This document shows positions 1 to 12,965 of a stretch of 64,000 nt of DNA, in pieces. Source of the DNA: Octopus sinensis (Eukaryota). The DNA lies in contig NC_042997.1 in assembly GCF_006345805.1 (NCBI RefSeq), forward strand, positions 59,024,001 to 59,088,000, in the 5' to 3' direction. The notes below the pieces were generated by a model that worked only from the letters and a program-made list of their open reading frames with translations, had not been told where the DNA came from and ran no database searches. A program made the translations under genes and the position numbers. Position 1 is the stretch's first letter; every line of letters starts with the position of its first letter.

Positions 1-3000
1 AAACAAAAATATTTACAGTGGCACCCCTCCCCATCCCACCCCCAAATGTGTACTTCTTGGTTTCAAATTAACAGAACATTTAGCTTCAGTTTTTTAAGAT
101 CATATGCTATGCAATATTTAAAATTACATATGCAATATTTTGCAGTCTTTACAATTACATATAGCATGTTTTAGATCTCATATTTATTGAACAGCCATTT
201 GAGCTTTCATTTAGACAGTTCCAAAAACATGAAATTTTTCATCTGAATTGTTAACATTTTACACAACAAAACACTTTCATTGTTGTCATAACTGCATATT
301 TACTTGTGTTAAAAATTGTAAAAATCAACCTGGAGGTTGATTTATGCAATTTAGTATTATTGTACTGAAGGTAACCAGCAGTACTGATATGCATTTTAGC
401 CACTGGTATTTTCTAACAATCCTGAAAAATCACTTCAACCAAATGTTCTTGAGCCTTCAATTTTAACAATCATAATTATCTTACAAACACTTTGTCAAAA
501 AATATCTTTTGTTTATTAATAATTTTTTAATCTCAAATATTGAAATTTAAATGAGTTTTTTTGATAAATAAATAGAATTGCATAAAAAATAATGTTAGGT
601 TTTGTTATGTTTTAAGGCACAAAGGTTTTTGGATAGCATGAATATCCCATTCATATTGTTGGTTTTAGTTTTAGTTGAGTAAAATGGAATCAAAATGGTT
701 TAAATTTATCAAAACAAAATATCAAAAAAAATTGACTTGAAAAGATAAATCACAATAATGGAGCATGAAACCTCATTGAGATAGAAAATGAATCTTGAGA
801 ATTTTTTCTAGGTGTGTTAGCAATGTAAATGAATGAGTTCCAATCAACTATGAAAATACACCAAGAACATGTACCCTACTCTCCTACAATGCTCACTTTC
901 CACATAATAATAGCAATAGTAATAGAGGTTTCAAATTCTGGCAATTTCAGGGAGGGTTTAAGTCAATTATCATTGACCCCAGTACTCAACTGATACTTAT
1001 TTTATCAACTCTGAGAGGATGGAAGGCAAAGTCAACCTCGGCGGCATTTGAACTGGGAACATACAGACAGATGAAATGCCACTAAGCATTTTGGTCAGCA
1101 TGCTAACAATTCAGCCAGCTCATTCTACCTTAATGGTAATATTAATAATAATAGTTTTCTAAATATTTATAAAGTTTTGGAGGATCTTGTAACATTATAA
1201 AAATATAAATCATATACAAGTTAAGCTGATCATTATATTGTATGGACTACAAATACACTAGATATTTAGATATCACATTGTAAACATCATTAAACACCTA
1301 ATTTCCTGAAAATTAATATTAAGAAAGAAAAGAAATACATGAAATTTTTGTTGTTGTTTGCGTTTTTTTTCTCTCAAACCTTATCTATGAATGTAATCAA
1401 GTTGTATATATCACTGCAAAAGAAATATAAAATGGTATGATACCATATTGAGAATGTTTAGCTTTTTTTTAATATCAGTGTTAATTTCAAAATATAAATA
1501 TCTTTCATTGAGATTTGATAAAATTAAAAATAATGAAAACAGGTTAATATTTTTTAATTAATACTTATTTGGTAATACTTTATATGGAAGGTAAAACCCA
1601 TAGCCATTAATTGCCAAATTCTTTAGATTTGTGAAGAATTTCACCCAAAATAGCAGTTTTCAAAATAAAGCCGGTGAAATATTTTTAAAGTAGTTATTAA
1701 ATAATCTATAATAGAAACTGTATCACAGAGCTTCAAACTCATGTGTGTTTATGTGTATGTATACATATATGCATGCATATATATGTCACATATATGCATG
1801 CATATATATGTCACATATGCATGCATATATGTGTCACATATATGCTGCCTCTTTCAACCCAGTTTTTTCTCTTCCTTCTATCACATGCTCTCCACTAGGA
1901 CAGTTTTGAAAAAAAATATATTACATTATTGTTTTAATTAGATGTTTTGTAGTTCTTATTTGTCCTTAGCATTCTTGAAACTGCTCTGAGAAGCAAGCAA
2001 ATTTACCTATGTAATATAAAAACAAGTGCAGTTTCTCTGCATGAAAGACACATTTTACAAGGTAAAGTATCGGCTTAGTTTCACAGAAAAGTTTTCGTCA
2101 AAATTCATTATTTTTTTTCTATAAACTAACAAAAAAAAATAGCTTATACACAATAAAGTTTTAAGGATGGCAACAATGTAATTAGCTTGTGCATTTCAGA
2201 CAGCTGATTTCTGAAGGAAGAGAATTGAGTAAAGAGGTGAAGGTTTATCAGAGTTAACTCCCTTGCGTATTAACTGGTGCTTAATTGTTTGTAATTGTGG
2301 ATAAAACAAGTTACGTTTTCTTGTGAGAAAAGTTAGCTTGTAGTTTATATTCAGTTCTAAAGATATTTTCCAATAAAGAAAAATTTATTCCAATAGGAAA
2401 AGATTCGTGTGTTAAGCCCCAAAAGCTGCATCTATAGAAGGCAGCAAAGCGAAAGTCAATCTCTGGCAGCAGCGGAAGAACAGTGGTGGTTTTCATGAAG
2501 GTATGTAAGGTACAACTAAGTCGAAAATGACTTACAGCTGACAAAAGTTTGTGATGCCACCAACAAAGAAATTATGCAAATGAGATCAGTGGGAAAAAGA
2601 GGAAATCTCACTAATCAACAAAAAAAGTCTAGGTTTTATTTGCAAAATTTGGCACAACCATAATTGAGAATCATGTAGTAGGTATAGGAGCTGATCTGAA
2701 AAGAATAAAAATACAAATAAATTAATTTAGCTACATTTGTAGAGCTGATTTGGTTTACTTTGTTTATTGGGAAAACATTTAAAAGATAATTTTCAAATCT
2801 AAATATGAATAATAACACAAAATAATACCGTAGAAGATGTGAAATGAGCAAGAACTATCAACTTACAAGTCATTAGACCAAATCTTGGCAGGACAATTTA
2901 TATTATGTTTTCTCTTTCATGCATGATACCAAAATTAGAATTACAAATCAGTGCAATTGATACCAGATATTCTAAGTTGCTGGACTGAAATCATGTTGGT

Positions 3001-4193
3001 GCACCACTTTCAGTCAAATAATCAACCCAAGTCCTTAGGCTAGTGCTAATTTTAGTAAATAGTTCAAGTTTTACCAGTGTTTTGTCCCTGGGAATAGTTT
3101 TCTCTTTACTAGAGATTTCACCCTCTCTCAGCATCATCATTTTACCATCCACTTTTTGATACTTGCATAGTTCAGTTGGAGATTCTTGTAGATTGTTTGT
3201 GCCAGTTTTCTTTCCTGTCATTAACCCTCACCTATTTTCAAGAAAGATCATTTCCTCTGGCAAGATAATTTTCAAAGGTAATGCTTGTTCATGAAGGGCT
3301 CTACCTAGTCAACCTTCTCCTTCCACTCATATTTCATCCTCTATCTCCCATCACATCCGCCTTCATCTGAGAGCAGAATAGGCACATACTACACACATTG
3401 GCTTTCTTAGTTACCTTCACTATTGCCCCCACCCATTACCTTGCTTCTCCTGCCTACTGTCTCCACCAATCACCTCCTTTCTGTGCCTTCTGCCTCCTCC
3501 CTGTGCTGCTCTCTATCATCATCTCATTTACCTGCTATCAGCCTCAATGCCCTTACATATCTACTCCAACCCTAACCTGTAATCCTCTCCGATATTTCTT
3601 TCCATCATTTGCTACAATCACCTCATCCTGTACACTCACCCAGCCCAAGCCTCTATATCACCACACATATTCTCACCACTCCCAATGTCCCTTGAGGACA
3701 TGTCTCAACACATTCCTGCCATCATCTCTCTCACTATCAATCCCTTTATCTTACTCTCCAACTCACTTCCCTCTGTTTTCCATCTAGGCTATCCATGTAT
3801 CTACTTTACAGCAAGACCTACGTCTGCTCCCGCTACATCTTAAATCTCTCAACTGGCACAAAACCACACACCCCTCCTAGTTTAGAGGGTTTTGAGGTGC
3901 AAGATATTTGGTGACCCTGTTGATGCTGGTGCCATATAAAAAGCACTGGTGGTGGTGCCACATAAAAAGCATCCTGTACACTCTGTAAAGTGATTGGCAT
4001 TAGGAAGGGCATCCAGATGTAGAAACTATACCAAAACAAACAATGGAACCTGGTGCGATTCCATGTCAAACCATCCAACCATGCCACAATGGAAAATAGG
4101 CAATAAATGATGAATGGAAACAAATGGTACCCATTCTCAATTTTCACACAATGTCAACCAACACATACATACATACATACATGGATTGTGTGC

Positions 4194-4197
<4 letters not shown>

Positions 4198-4251
<54 letters not shown>
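4198..4251. repeat. (TA)n microsatellite
   Basis: Direct read. Similar tracts at 5055-5110, 24865-24890, 25098-25150, 26318-26348, 32660-32690, 34262-34320 and 60498-60526. Confidence 0.95.
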
Positions 4252-4253
<2 letters not shown>

Positions 4254-4844
4254 ATATTATATTAACACAGACACAATGGACTTTTTTCAACTTTCATTTA
4301 TCAAATCCACTCATAAGGTCTTGGTTAGCCTGGACTATAGAAGATACTTGCTCAAGATGCCATACAGCAGGACAAATTAATGTACATTAACAGTATTTTC
4401 TATTAATACTTATAGAATGCAATCAATAAATAAAGAAAGACAGACAGAGAGAGAGGCAACACTATGTACGGATAGAAGAAATACCTTGTCTTCTACAAAC
4501 AATAGCTATGAGGATTCAGGAAAAGGAAATGTGAATAAGACTAGTTTCAACTCTGAGTTGGGATTTCATCAGCAACTAAATACCTTCTTTAACTGTACAC
4601 CAAGACACAGCTTATAAACCTTATTATTACTAAGAGCTTAAGTAAATCAGATAGACTAATTTGCATATATAAAGTGCTTTCACACAGTTTCTGTTTACCA
4701 AAGCTGGAAAGTACCACATAATAAGAATGAACCCAGATCCATCATCAATATCATCATCATCATTTAATGTCCACTTTCCATGCTGACATGGGTTGGATGG
4801 TTTGTGGTTTCTTAATCACACATTTTTCAACTTTTTAATTAATT

Positions 4845-5051
4845 TTTTTATTCTTTTACTTGTTTCAGTCAGTTGATTGCGGCCATGCTGGGCACCACCT
4901 TGAATCGACCTCAAGACTTATTTTTTAAGTCTGCTACTTATTCTATCAGTCTCTTTTGCCAAACTGTTAAGTTATGGGAATGTAAACACACCAACACCAG
5001 TTGTCAAGCAGTGAGGTGGGGAAAATCGCAGACACAAAGACACAGACAGGC

Positions 5052-5115
<64 letters not shown>

Positions 5116-5265
5116 GGCTTCTTTAAGTTTCCATGTACCAAATCCACTCACAAGGCTTTGGTCAGCCCAAGGCTATAGAAGGCACTTCCCCAAGGTGCCA
5201 TGCAGTATGACTGAACCCAGAACCATGTGGTTGGGAAGCAAGCTTCTTACCACACAGCCACACCT
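4845..5265 (-). mobile_element. SINE family C (- copy)
   Basis: Reverse complement of the family C layout with internal (TA)n. Other - copies at ~30625-31025 and ~34615-34985. Confidence 0.75.
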
Positions 5266-5397
5266 GTGCATATCTGTGGACAGACAAATTACATATCTAG
5301 CAGTGACATAATAACCTATACTGTAGTAGCATGACAGCAGAATTAATATCATACAGCCTTTGGTTGTAGATTAACTATTTTAGATAAGGGAGCTGGT

Positions 5398-5403
5398 TTT
5401 ATT
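5398..5403 (-). promoter_or_regulatory. Candidate polyadenylation signal AATAAA of SNX16
   Basis: tttatt on + (AATAAA on -) about 90 nt after the stop. AATAAA is common in AT-rich DNA, so support is weak. Confidence 0.3.
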
Positions 5404-5495
5404 GCAGTACTGATTTGATCAATTCATCAGTTTTAAACTTCAGATATTAAACTTGTACAATACAACTAAATGGATGATAAAATTAATACTTACAG

Positions 5496-5637
5496 TCATT
5501 GGTTGTTTGACTCAACTGGTTCCTCAAAACTATTCTGGTCAACTTCTGGACATTCATTCAGAAAATGGTTACTGCTGCTATCGGGTCGACTGGGGGGAGT
5601 TAACTCAAAGTCACAAGATTTACTATTTATGTGTAGC
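5496..5637 (-). CDS. SNX16: SNX16 last coding exon ((K)LHINSKSCDFELTPPSRPDSSSNHFLNECPEVDQNSFEEPVESNNQ*)
   Basis: tttttggtttag| acceptor 88 nt downstream of the previous donor. Phase 2 matches (AA+G). Open to TGA at 5496-5498 (tail of ORF 5496..5732). Joined CDS = 957 nt = 318 aa + stop. Confidence 0.8.
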
Positions 5638-5725
5638 CTAAACCAAAAATAATGCACAAACAATTTATTACTAATTATCTTTTTATCAAGGTAATTGCTG
5701 AACACAACACAAGGCCAGTACTTAC

Positions 5726-5862
5726 TTATCAAATTTCTTTAAGTCTTCAATTTGTGATTTACACAAATTCAACTCAGCTTTTAGTAAATCAATCTCGTGC
5801 TCCTTATCTTTTAGTTCCTTTTTTAGGTTGTACGTTTGCTCTTCAAGAGACTCGCACAAGGC
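5726..5862 (-). CDS. SNX16: SNX16 coding exon (ALCESLEEQTYNLKKELKDKEHEIDLLKAELNLCKSQIEDLKKFD), coiled coil
   Basis: 137 nt, tttcattaaag| acceptor and AA|gtaagt donor. Heptad pattern; corresponds to SNX16 AFCETLEETNYRLQKEL. Confidence 0.93.
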
Positions 5863-6045
5863 CTTTAATGAAAGATAAAACATATATGCCTGAATTAATG
5901 TACATAAACACAATAGAATGCACACACATAAACACTTGAACATCTATATACACGCATATGTACATACGTATGTACACACACACACACATGTAGATGTAAG
6001 ACTAGTTCTCAGATAGACTCAAAGCAGACCTTGAAGTGTAAGGGG

Positions 6046-6090
6046 ATGTCACTGATGAGGTTGCGAATAGCAACAAAAGGAATCCGACAG
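6046..6090 (+). ncRNA. Decayed minimal hammerhead ribozyme (PLE-type relic)
   Basis: TGTCA-CTGATGA-G-GTTGC gaata GCAAC-AAAA-GGAA-TC-CGACA. Two CpG-type G>A changes would restore stem I (TGTCG/CGACA) and the GAAA box. Confidence 0.6.
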
Positions 6091-7649
6091 AGAAAACTAA
6101 CAACCAATTGATTACTCAATCAACACATTAAACAAACCATTGGATAGTTAGTTGGTAAAATAAAGAAGTGGTACTGAGCCAGTGCATGGGTTTGTTTAGA
6201 TTTTTATTAGCAGGATGACCCTCCCTAAACACATTAAGAAATTCACTGCATATTAAAATATGTATTGACTAAATTTACTATGTTGGTAATACAACAATGT
6301 TCTACCAATTATGTTGATAAAAAATATATTGATTATATAATAGATTTAAAGCAAGAGATATAAATTACAAACTATAACTATAGATGTATACAAAAATATA
6401 TACATATATAAAGAAGTGAGAGAGAGAAACAGGTATAAAAAGCAGACAAATAGGAAACAAAATAGGCAACAAAAAAGGTGGAGAGAAACAACTACAAAGG
6501 AAAGAGGTCATTGATAGACAAGTGAATAGGATAACCCATCAAACCCCTCATTGACTGAGGACATCATACCAAAAGAATTTGGCTGAAAAGATCAATTAGA
6601 TAGCATGCTAAATTACATACAGCTAATCAAACTACACAATGATTACTTCAAACTTCAGTCTAAATGTTCTAAATAGCTCCTATTCACATATACAAAAAGC
6701 ATGTTATCTTTCTGACATCTTTCCCCTTCCCAACCTAACTAGAACCTCTTATCACCAAGCTTCCCAGGTGCACAAATTCAATTACAAGACACAATGCCAA
6801 AACCTAACGTTGTCATAACGTGAGTGACAGGAAAATGAAACAGACACTTGCTCTGATAGAGGCAATGAATTTGTGGTTTACCTTCCTGATCTACTTGAAG
6901 ACAATTCTGCTTACCTCAAGCTATATGTCTAAGTGAGAAACTATTAACTTTTTGACATATAAACTTATTCATTTCCATATAATTACTACTTTTATAAATC
7001 TACCCAAGACAAATGTATATTTTGACTAGCTTTCATGGCACCACTATCTTTTAGCCATTTTAAAAATACTCAGTTATGTAAACATAATAATCTTTTCTAC
7101 TATAAGCACAAGGTCTAAAATTTTGAGGGGGGGGGTAGTTGATCACAAGTGGTACTTATTGATTGACCCATAAAAGGATGAAAGGCAAAGTCAGCCTCAA
7201 CAGAATTTGAACTCTGAATATGAAGGGTTAGAGGAGATTCTGCTAAGCATTTTGTCTGATGTGCTAATGATTCAGCTAGCTCACAGCCTTATGTAAACAT
7301 AATAATGACTGTAACATTTTAGGAAGACTATGTGCAAGATTTTGTCTTCCTATCTTACCACTGGACATAGACGGGTTATGATTACTGAGAAAGACTTAGA
7401 GAGTAAACTCTGAAACCAAATCCTGTGTTGGAGTTGCTAAAGTAACCTGGTACTATTTACATTGTGGTTCTAACTTCTACAGCAACACTGGTGTCAAGCT
7501 GTATTGTCATTTTCCCTTGCCTTGGACAACACTATTTGCTTGCTCAATACTATTCTGTTTGGGTCTGCACTTTAGTTAGCATAGTCTTGAAACTTCTATC
7601 GCTACTATCAAAAGAGTAAAGCATAAGTCCACACCAAAAGCATAATTTT

Positions 7650-8700
7650 ATATTTTGAACTTGAACATGTTTTAGACCATATCAACCAGAACCTTGATCC
7701 AGCAATTTACAACCCAAAACTAAAGAAATAATATTCAAACAGTCATCCTCCACACTTTTTATATGGAATTTCATTATTGAGTTATATTCCATAGTCCTCA
7801 CTAGGATGAAGCAACGCTGGACAAACATATTTGTACACTTTTATCACTTCCAGATGATCAGAAACACATACTCAGACAGTTGATTTTAACAATCTTAGAA
7901 CATAGAACAGTTCTTTTGATTACATTATCTCAAAATAAAACTACATATGCTGATGGATCTCTCTCTCTGAGTCATCATTTATCAAGTAAGATGTGCTACA
8001 AAGTCCAATTTGGCCCACTACACCCTTCCTCCCTTTCATCAATGATCCACTTGCCATCACTTCAAACAACAATCAAGCAAGTACTACTCTTCACTCCTCT
8101 CTAATGTTCCACATTTAAGTATCATTCATAAGCAACCTAGGAATGTCACGCTTAAATTTCCACTATGTCCAAAAATATTCTCCAGCAGGTTTGCATCAAT
8201 CTTGTTTTCTTCAAAAGCACAAAGACACAATCACTACAAATATCAAAAAACTATTATACTGTAACCCACCACCACCATCTCCATAGATATTAACCTAGAT
8301 CTCTCAAAATAGATTGCTATTAACCTCTTCACTGATATCTTTTCTTGTGATGTACATCCCCAAAATTGTATCTCAAAGGGCATCTCTCTCTTCTGAACAA
8401 GAAAAAAATTCACACCCTGACAATACTACTTCTCAAGAAAGCTCAAATGAGACTTACAGTGATGTACTGTTCCCACATTTGAGACAATACAAATATGTAC
8501 TAATACAAATACAGGCATCAACCAGTGCTCACTAACATACTCCAACTTCTGGCCAACAGATGTGTTGTCTCCTCACTCTACCTTTTCTACCTTTGCTTCA
8601 GCTAACTGGTTTCATGCCACTTCCAATAATGCCCTCTTGACTCACTCATTTCTCCTCTCCTCTTCTTTCACATTGTTTCTACCTACAAAATTCTTAGGCA
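7650..8700 (+). mobile_element. Possible decayed LINE RT relic
   Basis: TYADG (YADD-like) at ~7940 in an A/C-rich decayed tract; weak. Confidence 0.3.
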
Positions 8701-8837
8701 GTATATCGTTAAATATGGAGTGAAACAATACAATGTGAGAGAAAATGACAGAAAATTAAATACATAATATATAAAAGAAAATATTTAACACAAGATTCTA
8801 CAAATGAATTTTGCTGACAATTTAAATTCTAACTTAC

Positions 8838-8907
8838 CCGGCTTTCTTCAAGACTGTCATGTGGCCCAGGAGGGTCGTCAAAACAAAAGAATTCTCTGAC
8901 AGGTGCA
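8838..8907 (-). CDS. SNX16: SNX16 coding exon ((C)[23 protein letters not shown])
   Basis: 70 nt, tttacag| acceptor and CGG|gtaagt donor. Completes the phase-2 codon TG+T. Matches the SNX16 motif [21 protein letters not shown]. Confidence 0.96.
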
Positions 8908-9673
8908 CTGTAAACAACAGAGAAAGAATGTCAATAAAATTTCTCAGAATAACAATAAAGATTTTTCATTCTTCATTCGTTTTTATGTCCATTTTTTTCC
9001 AAGCTGGCAGATACTAGAAAATATGTAATAGAAACATTGTTTTACAGTTGAATGCCCTGTCACTATCCCTCACCAATTCTCTCTTCCTCCCTCTCTCTCA
9101 CTCTAGTAAAGAATAACTTATTCCACATGTCTTCAAATGTGCAAAGCCAGCAGGTATTATGGCTTAGTCAGTCTGCAGTTTCAAAGACCTTTGAAACAAA
9201 GATTTTCCTTACTTGAAAAACAAGTAAGTGTTGGCAACAGGAAGAGCCTCTGGTTGTAAAATCCTTCATCAAATAAACCTCTGTTGAAATCCATGCTATC
9301 ATGGAAAATCAGATATAAAATGAATAAATGTGTGTGTGCTTATACATACCCAGAGACAGATAGATGGATGTATAGACAGACAGGCACAGATAACTGGGTG
9401 GATAGATGGACACAGATATATAAATATATATATATAAATTTAGAGCTAGTAAAATAAACAGACTGAAATAATGATGGGTACAAATACATATAAATTAACA
9501 AGGATTAGGAACTTTTTTTTTTAACATTGAACATTTATCTATATAATTAATATGTGGTTAGATCCCTAGTTCTTACTTTGGTTTAATTAGTAAACAAATT
9601 GGTGTAAATGATTCAACATGCCCTGGAATATATAACCCAATTATCACATTGGAAAGTTGGATATTTCACTTAC

Positions 9674-9822
9674 CATTCACAAAGGATTTTATTCCTAAGA
9701 ATTTTGTTGATGAAATCCTGTAAACCTCGTTGTCTGTCTTCAAGGAAGTGACGATCAAAGTTGTCTCCAAACCATCGTTTTGGTGGAAGAGGTATTAAAA
9801 ATGTAGGAGATATATTTTTCAG
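9674..9822 (-). CDS. SNX16: SNX16 coding exon (LKNISPTFLIPLPPKRWFGDNFDRHFLEDRQRGLQDFINKILRNKILCE), PX domain
   Basis: 149 nt, ctttcttcag| acceptor and TG|gtaagt donor. LPPKRWF and FLEDRQxGLQ motifs typical of SNX16. Confidence 0.96.
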
Positions 9823-11599
9823 CTGAAGAAAGTAGAAAATACATAAAAATGTTTATTTACTATACAAAAGCATTCATTAGGAACATTTCTCACACTCCCC
9901 TCCTACCAATAACACCAGTTAGACTAATCATCTCACAAAGATACCCTTAATGTTAAATATGGCCAGTTTAAAGGAAACTTCTAATATGAAATCATTGTAA
10001 ACAGTTGTTAACTCACTCAGTAAATATTTCTTTCGTTATTTTATTACAGTCTTAATCTCTCTCTTTTAAACAAACTCAATGGTAGTCCAACCCTTACATA
10101 GTCGCTTATTATGCTAGAAATAGCAGGGATCACATGAGTATATTTTCAGGCTTATAGCATACCAAATAGCCATACCACTAAATTTACCTCTGATATTTTG
10201 CTTTTTCCAAATTATGCTGGTGGTTTCAGATTTCCCCAACCACACTCGACAGACCTCCAGGTAACTTGAAGTAAATTTCATCCTACCCTTATGATTTCAA
10301 ATTACCAGCTCAAATATTTTCCCAAATGTTTATCACCTTGGTAGCAAATAAAGTGTGTGTGTGTTTTAGGTACACAAGTCATAGAGAAAAAGTTTTGAGT
10401 TAAAGTTGGAAAAATTGCAATTTAAAGTGTGCATTTAATAATAATTGTGTAGGAAAATATTTTACTTTGCATATAAATATATCTAACTTGCATTTAATGA
10501 ATATGTGTATAAATATATTTTGTTTTGTAAAATATATAACGCCATTGCTGGAAAAAATATATTATGGTTGCAAATCATCTAAACCAAATCAGTTTGTTAT
10601 TTAGAGAGAAAAAATGACTTTATTTTCTAAAAAAATTGCAGATTCAGAATCTCTGTTGTTCAAAGCGTTTTTTAAAGGCATCATAAAAATGTTAGATGTA
10701 CTGGAAAAAACCATATTGAAAAACTTACTGTTGGTTCTAACACAAGTGTTAGTATAACTTATTTCTTTTCCATCAAGATATATATTTCTACATTTTATCA
10801 TTAATAACTTATATAAACACACAATTACAGACATACAGAGATGAGAAATGATATTTTTCTGTTCCCATTGATCATATGAACTACAATAATGTGAACAGTG
10901 AAAGCTTCAGCAAAGGAATTAACTGTTAAAAATACAGAAACAAAGATGGGAAGAGGAAGGCTTTAAGATGCTAAAAACAGCTATCTCACAGAGTAAAACT
11001 CATGGCAAATTAAAATTGTTTAGTTAAAAAGAAACCTGAAAACCACATTTTGATTTTTTAAAATTGGAATTTTTAAGAATTTTATAGAGAATAGAGATTT
11101 TAATAAGTTTTTCCTGTTAGTATAAGTTATATAATTCCAAATAATTAATAAGCCCTCTCCATACAGATTGTTGGTATAATATCCGTTAATTAGATTATAT
11201 TACTTATGTGTGTTAATCATTCATTTGTGAAATGATAGAAAGGTATTTTCCAAAAGTAACACAATATGCAGTGTTCTGACATTGTCTCTTTTGGATTAGC
11301 CATTCAGTCATTAAACCTTAAGGCTTCACACAAATGTAAGTACCTCCATGAAAGCTATGAACCAGTGCTTAGCTCAGTTTATTATGTATTAAGTGGATAG
11401 AAAACAAATCCCACCTTCTTTTAGACCTCTAATCTGTATAACAAGTAACATTCCTATAAAATCTGAAAACCTCACTGAGAAGTACAGAATTGACTGCACT
11501 GACCAAATACATAAGAAAATACATGCAGTAATTTTAAGCTGGAAATTTATCAGCATCTACCTATTCATTGATTCTTATTTTTAACTTCCAAAATTTCTA

Positions 11600-12430
11600 A
11601 TTTCCCAATTGGTGTATCACAAGGATCCTTCCTCTCACCCACACTTTTTAATGTACATCTACATAATGTTTCCACAAAAATTTAGAAAGCATACACATAG
11701 CCTCATATACAAATAGCATCAAAATTACATCTTGCCATCATTCTCCAAACAAAGCTCCCCAATATCTCCAAATGTAGAAACCAGACTAAAAAAGAGAAAG
11801 ACTTAAAGTAGATCAACTAAATCCACCATCTTCCTTCTTACAGCAACATCAAATACAACCAGTTATCAAACACAACATAAACACCATACAAAACAAATAA
11901 AAATTCTAAGAATTACATTCACAGCAAATGTAGAAGACATAGTAAAGAAAGAAAAATGATGTATAAACATAGTGTACCAACAAAAAGAGTCAACTATGTT
12001 AGTTTTCAAACAATACATTAGACCCATTAGAAATAATAGTCTTGACTAGACTCGTAACATCCCCATAACAAAACATAGCAAATTATTAAGAACTCAAAAC
12101 ATCACACTTTGCATCACTATAAGTTTCATATACCATCTACACAATCGATATGCTATCTACACAATCAAGAATACATACAAAAAACATAAAAGGCTACATA
12201 ATGAGCACATTTTGCTGCTGCAGCAACTTTTAAAGAGACAGACACATCTACAGCACCATCCTATAAACACTTGCCCCTCCTGTTCGGTCCAGATGAACAT
12301 AAAAACATAGGCACACAAAAATAGCTGCAGCATCAATAGCCTCATTAGCCCTACCAAACATTGGATTAGGATGCATACCACCGATAAGATGTGCTCATCT
12401 TTTCTGTGTCCATCACCAGACTTTACAAGC
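11600..12430 (+). mobile_element. Highly decayed LINE reverse transcriptase relic
   Basis: FPIGVSQGSFLSPTLFNV at ~11605-11655 resembles the RT motif GVPQGS.LSP.LFN; the rest is heavily disrupted. Confidence 0.55.
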
Positions 12431-12584
12431 AAACAGAGCCAATAAAATAGTTTTTATATGGTTACTCAATATGTTAGAAGAGCAGTCAAACCTCCTTCAA
12501 ATTACCTCCTGCTGACTTAAAAATGGAATGACAAATTAGATAATACAATCTCAGAGATACTACCTATTTATATATATATATTCC

Positions 12585-12965
12585 ATGCCGGTGGGCACGT
12601 AAAAAGCACCATTTGAGCGTGATTATTACCAGTGTCGCCTTACTGGCACTTGCGCAAAACATGAACAAAACATTCGAGCGAGGTCATTGCCAGTGCCGCT
12701 GGACTGACTCCTGTGCAGGTGGCATGTAAAAAACACCATTTCGAGCATGGCCGTTGCCAGTACCGCCACACTGGCCTTCGTGCCAGTGGCACGTAAAAGC
12801 ACCCACTACACTCTGGAGTGGTTGGCATTAGGAAGGGCATCCAGCTGTAGAAACTCTGCCAGATCAGATTGGAGCCTGGCGCAGCCATCTGGTTTGCCAG
12901 TCCTCAGTCAAATCGTCCAACCCATGCTAGCATGGAAAGAGGATGTTAAATGATGATGATGATAT
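12585..12965 (+). mobile_element. RTE-derived 3' UTR element (non-autonomous) with (ATG)n tail
   Basis: ggtggcacgtaaaaagcacc modules, gttggcattaggaagggcatccagctgtagaaac, ccaacccatgctagcatggaaa and (tga)n tail. Same family as 52138-52500. Confidence 0.8.

Noticed and set aside
2991-3790. ORFs 2991..3221(-) and 3398..3787(+)
   Set aside because: No recognisable motifs or splice framework; the pyrimidine-rich, decayed look suggests an old repeat.
4555-4600. Alternative last SNX16 exon (RYLVADEIPTQS*)
   Set aside because: Poor acceptor; the 5637-5496 exon has a better acceptor and matching phase.
6913-6930. CTTGAG|gtaagc possible tiny exon
   Set aside because: No convincing polypyrimidine acceptor.
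10729-10787. Possible - strand cassette exon (aatgtag|...AACA|gtaagt)
   Set aside because: 59 nt is not frame-preserving in a phase-0 intron, the acceptor is weak, and there is no similarity to SNX16.
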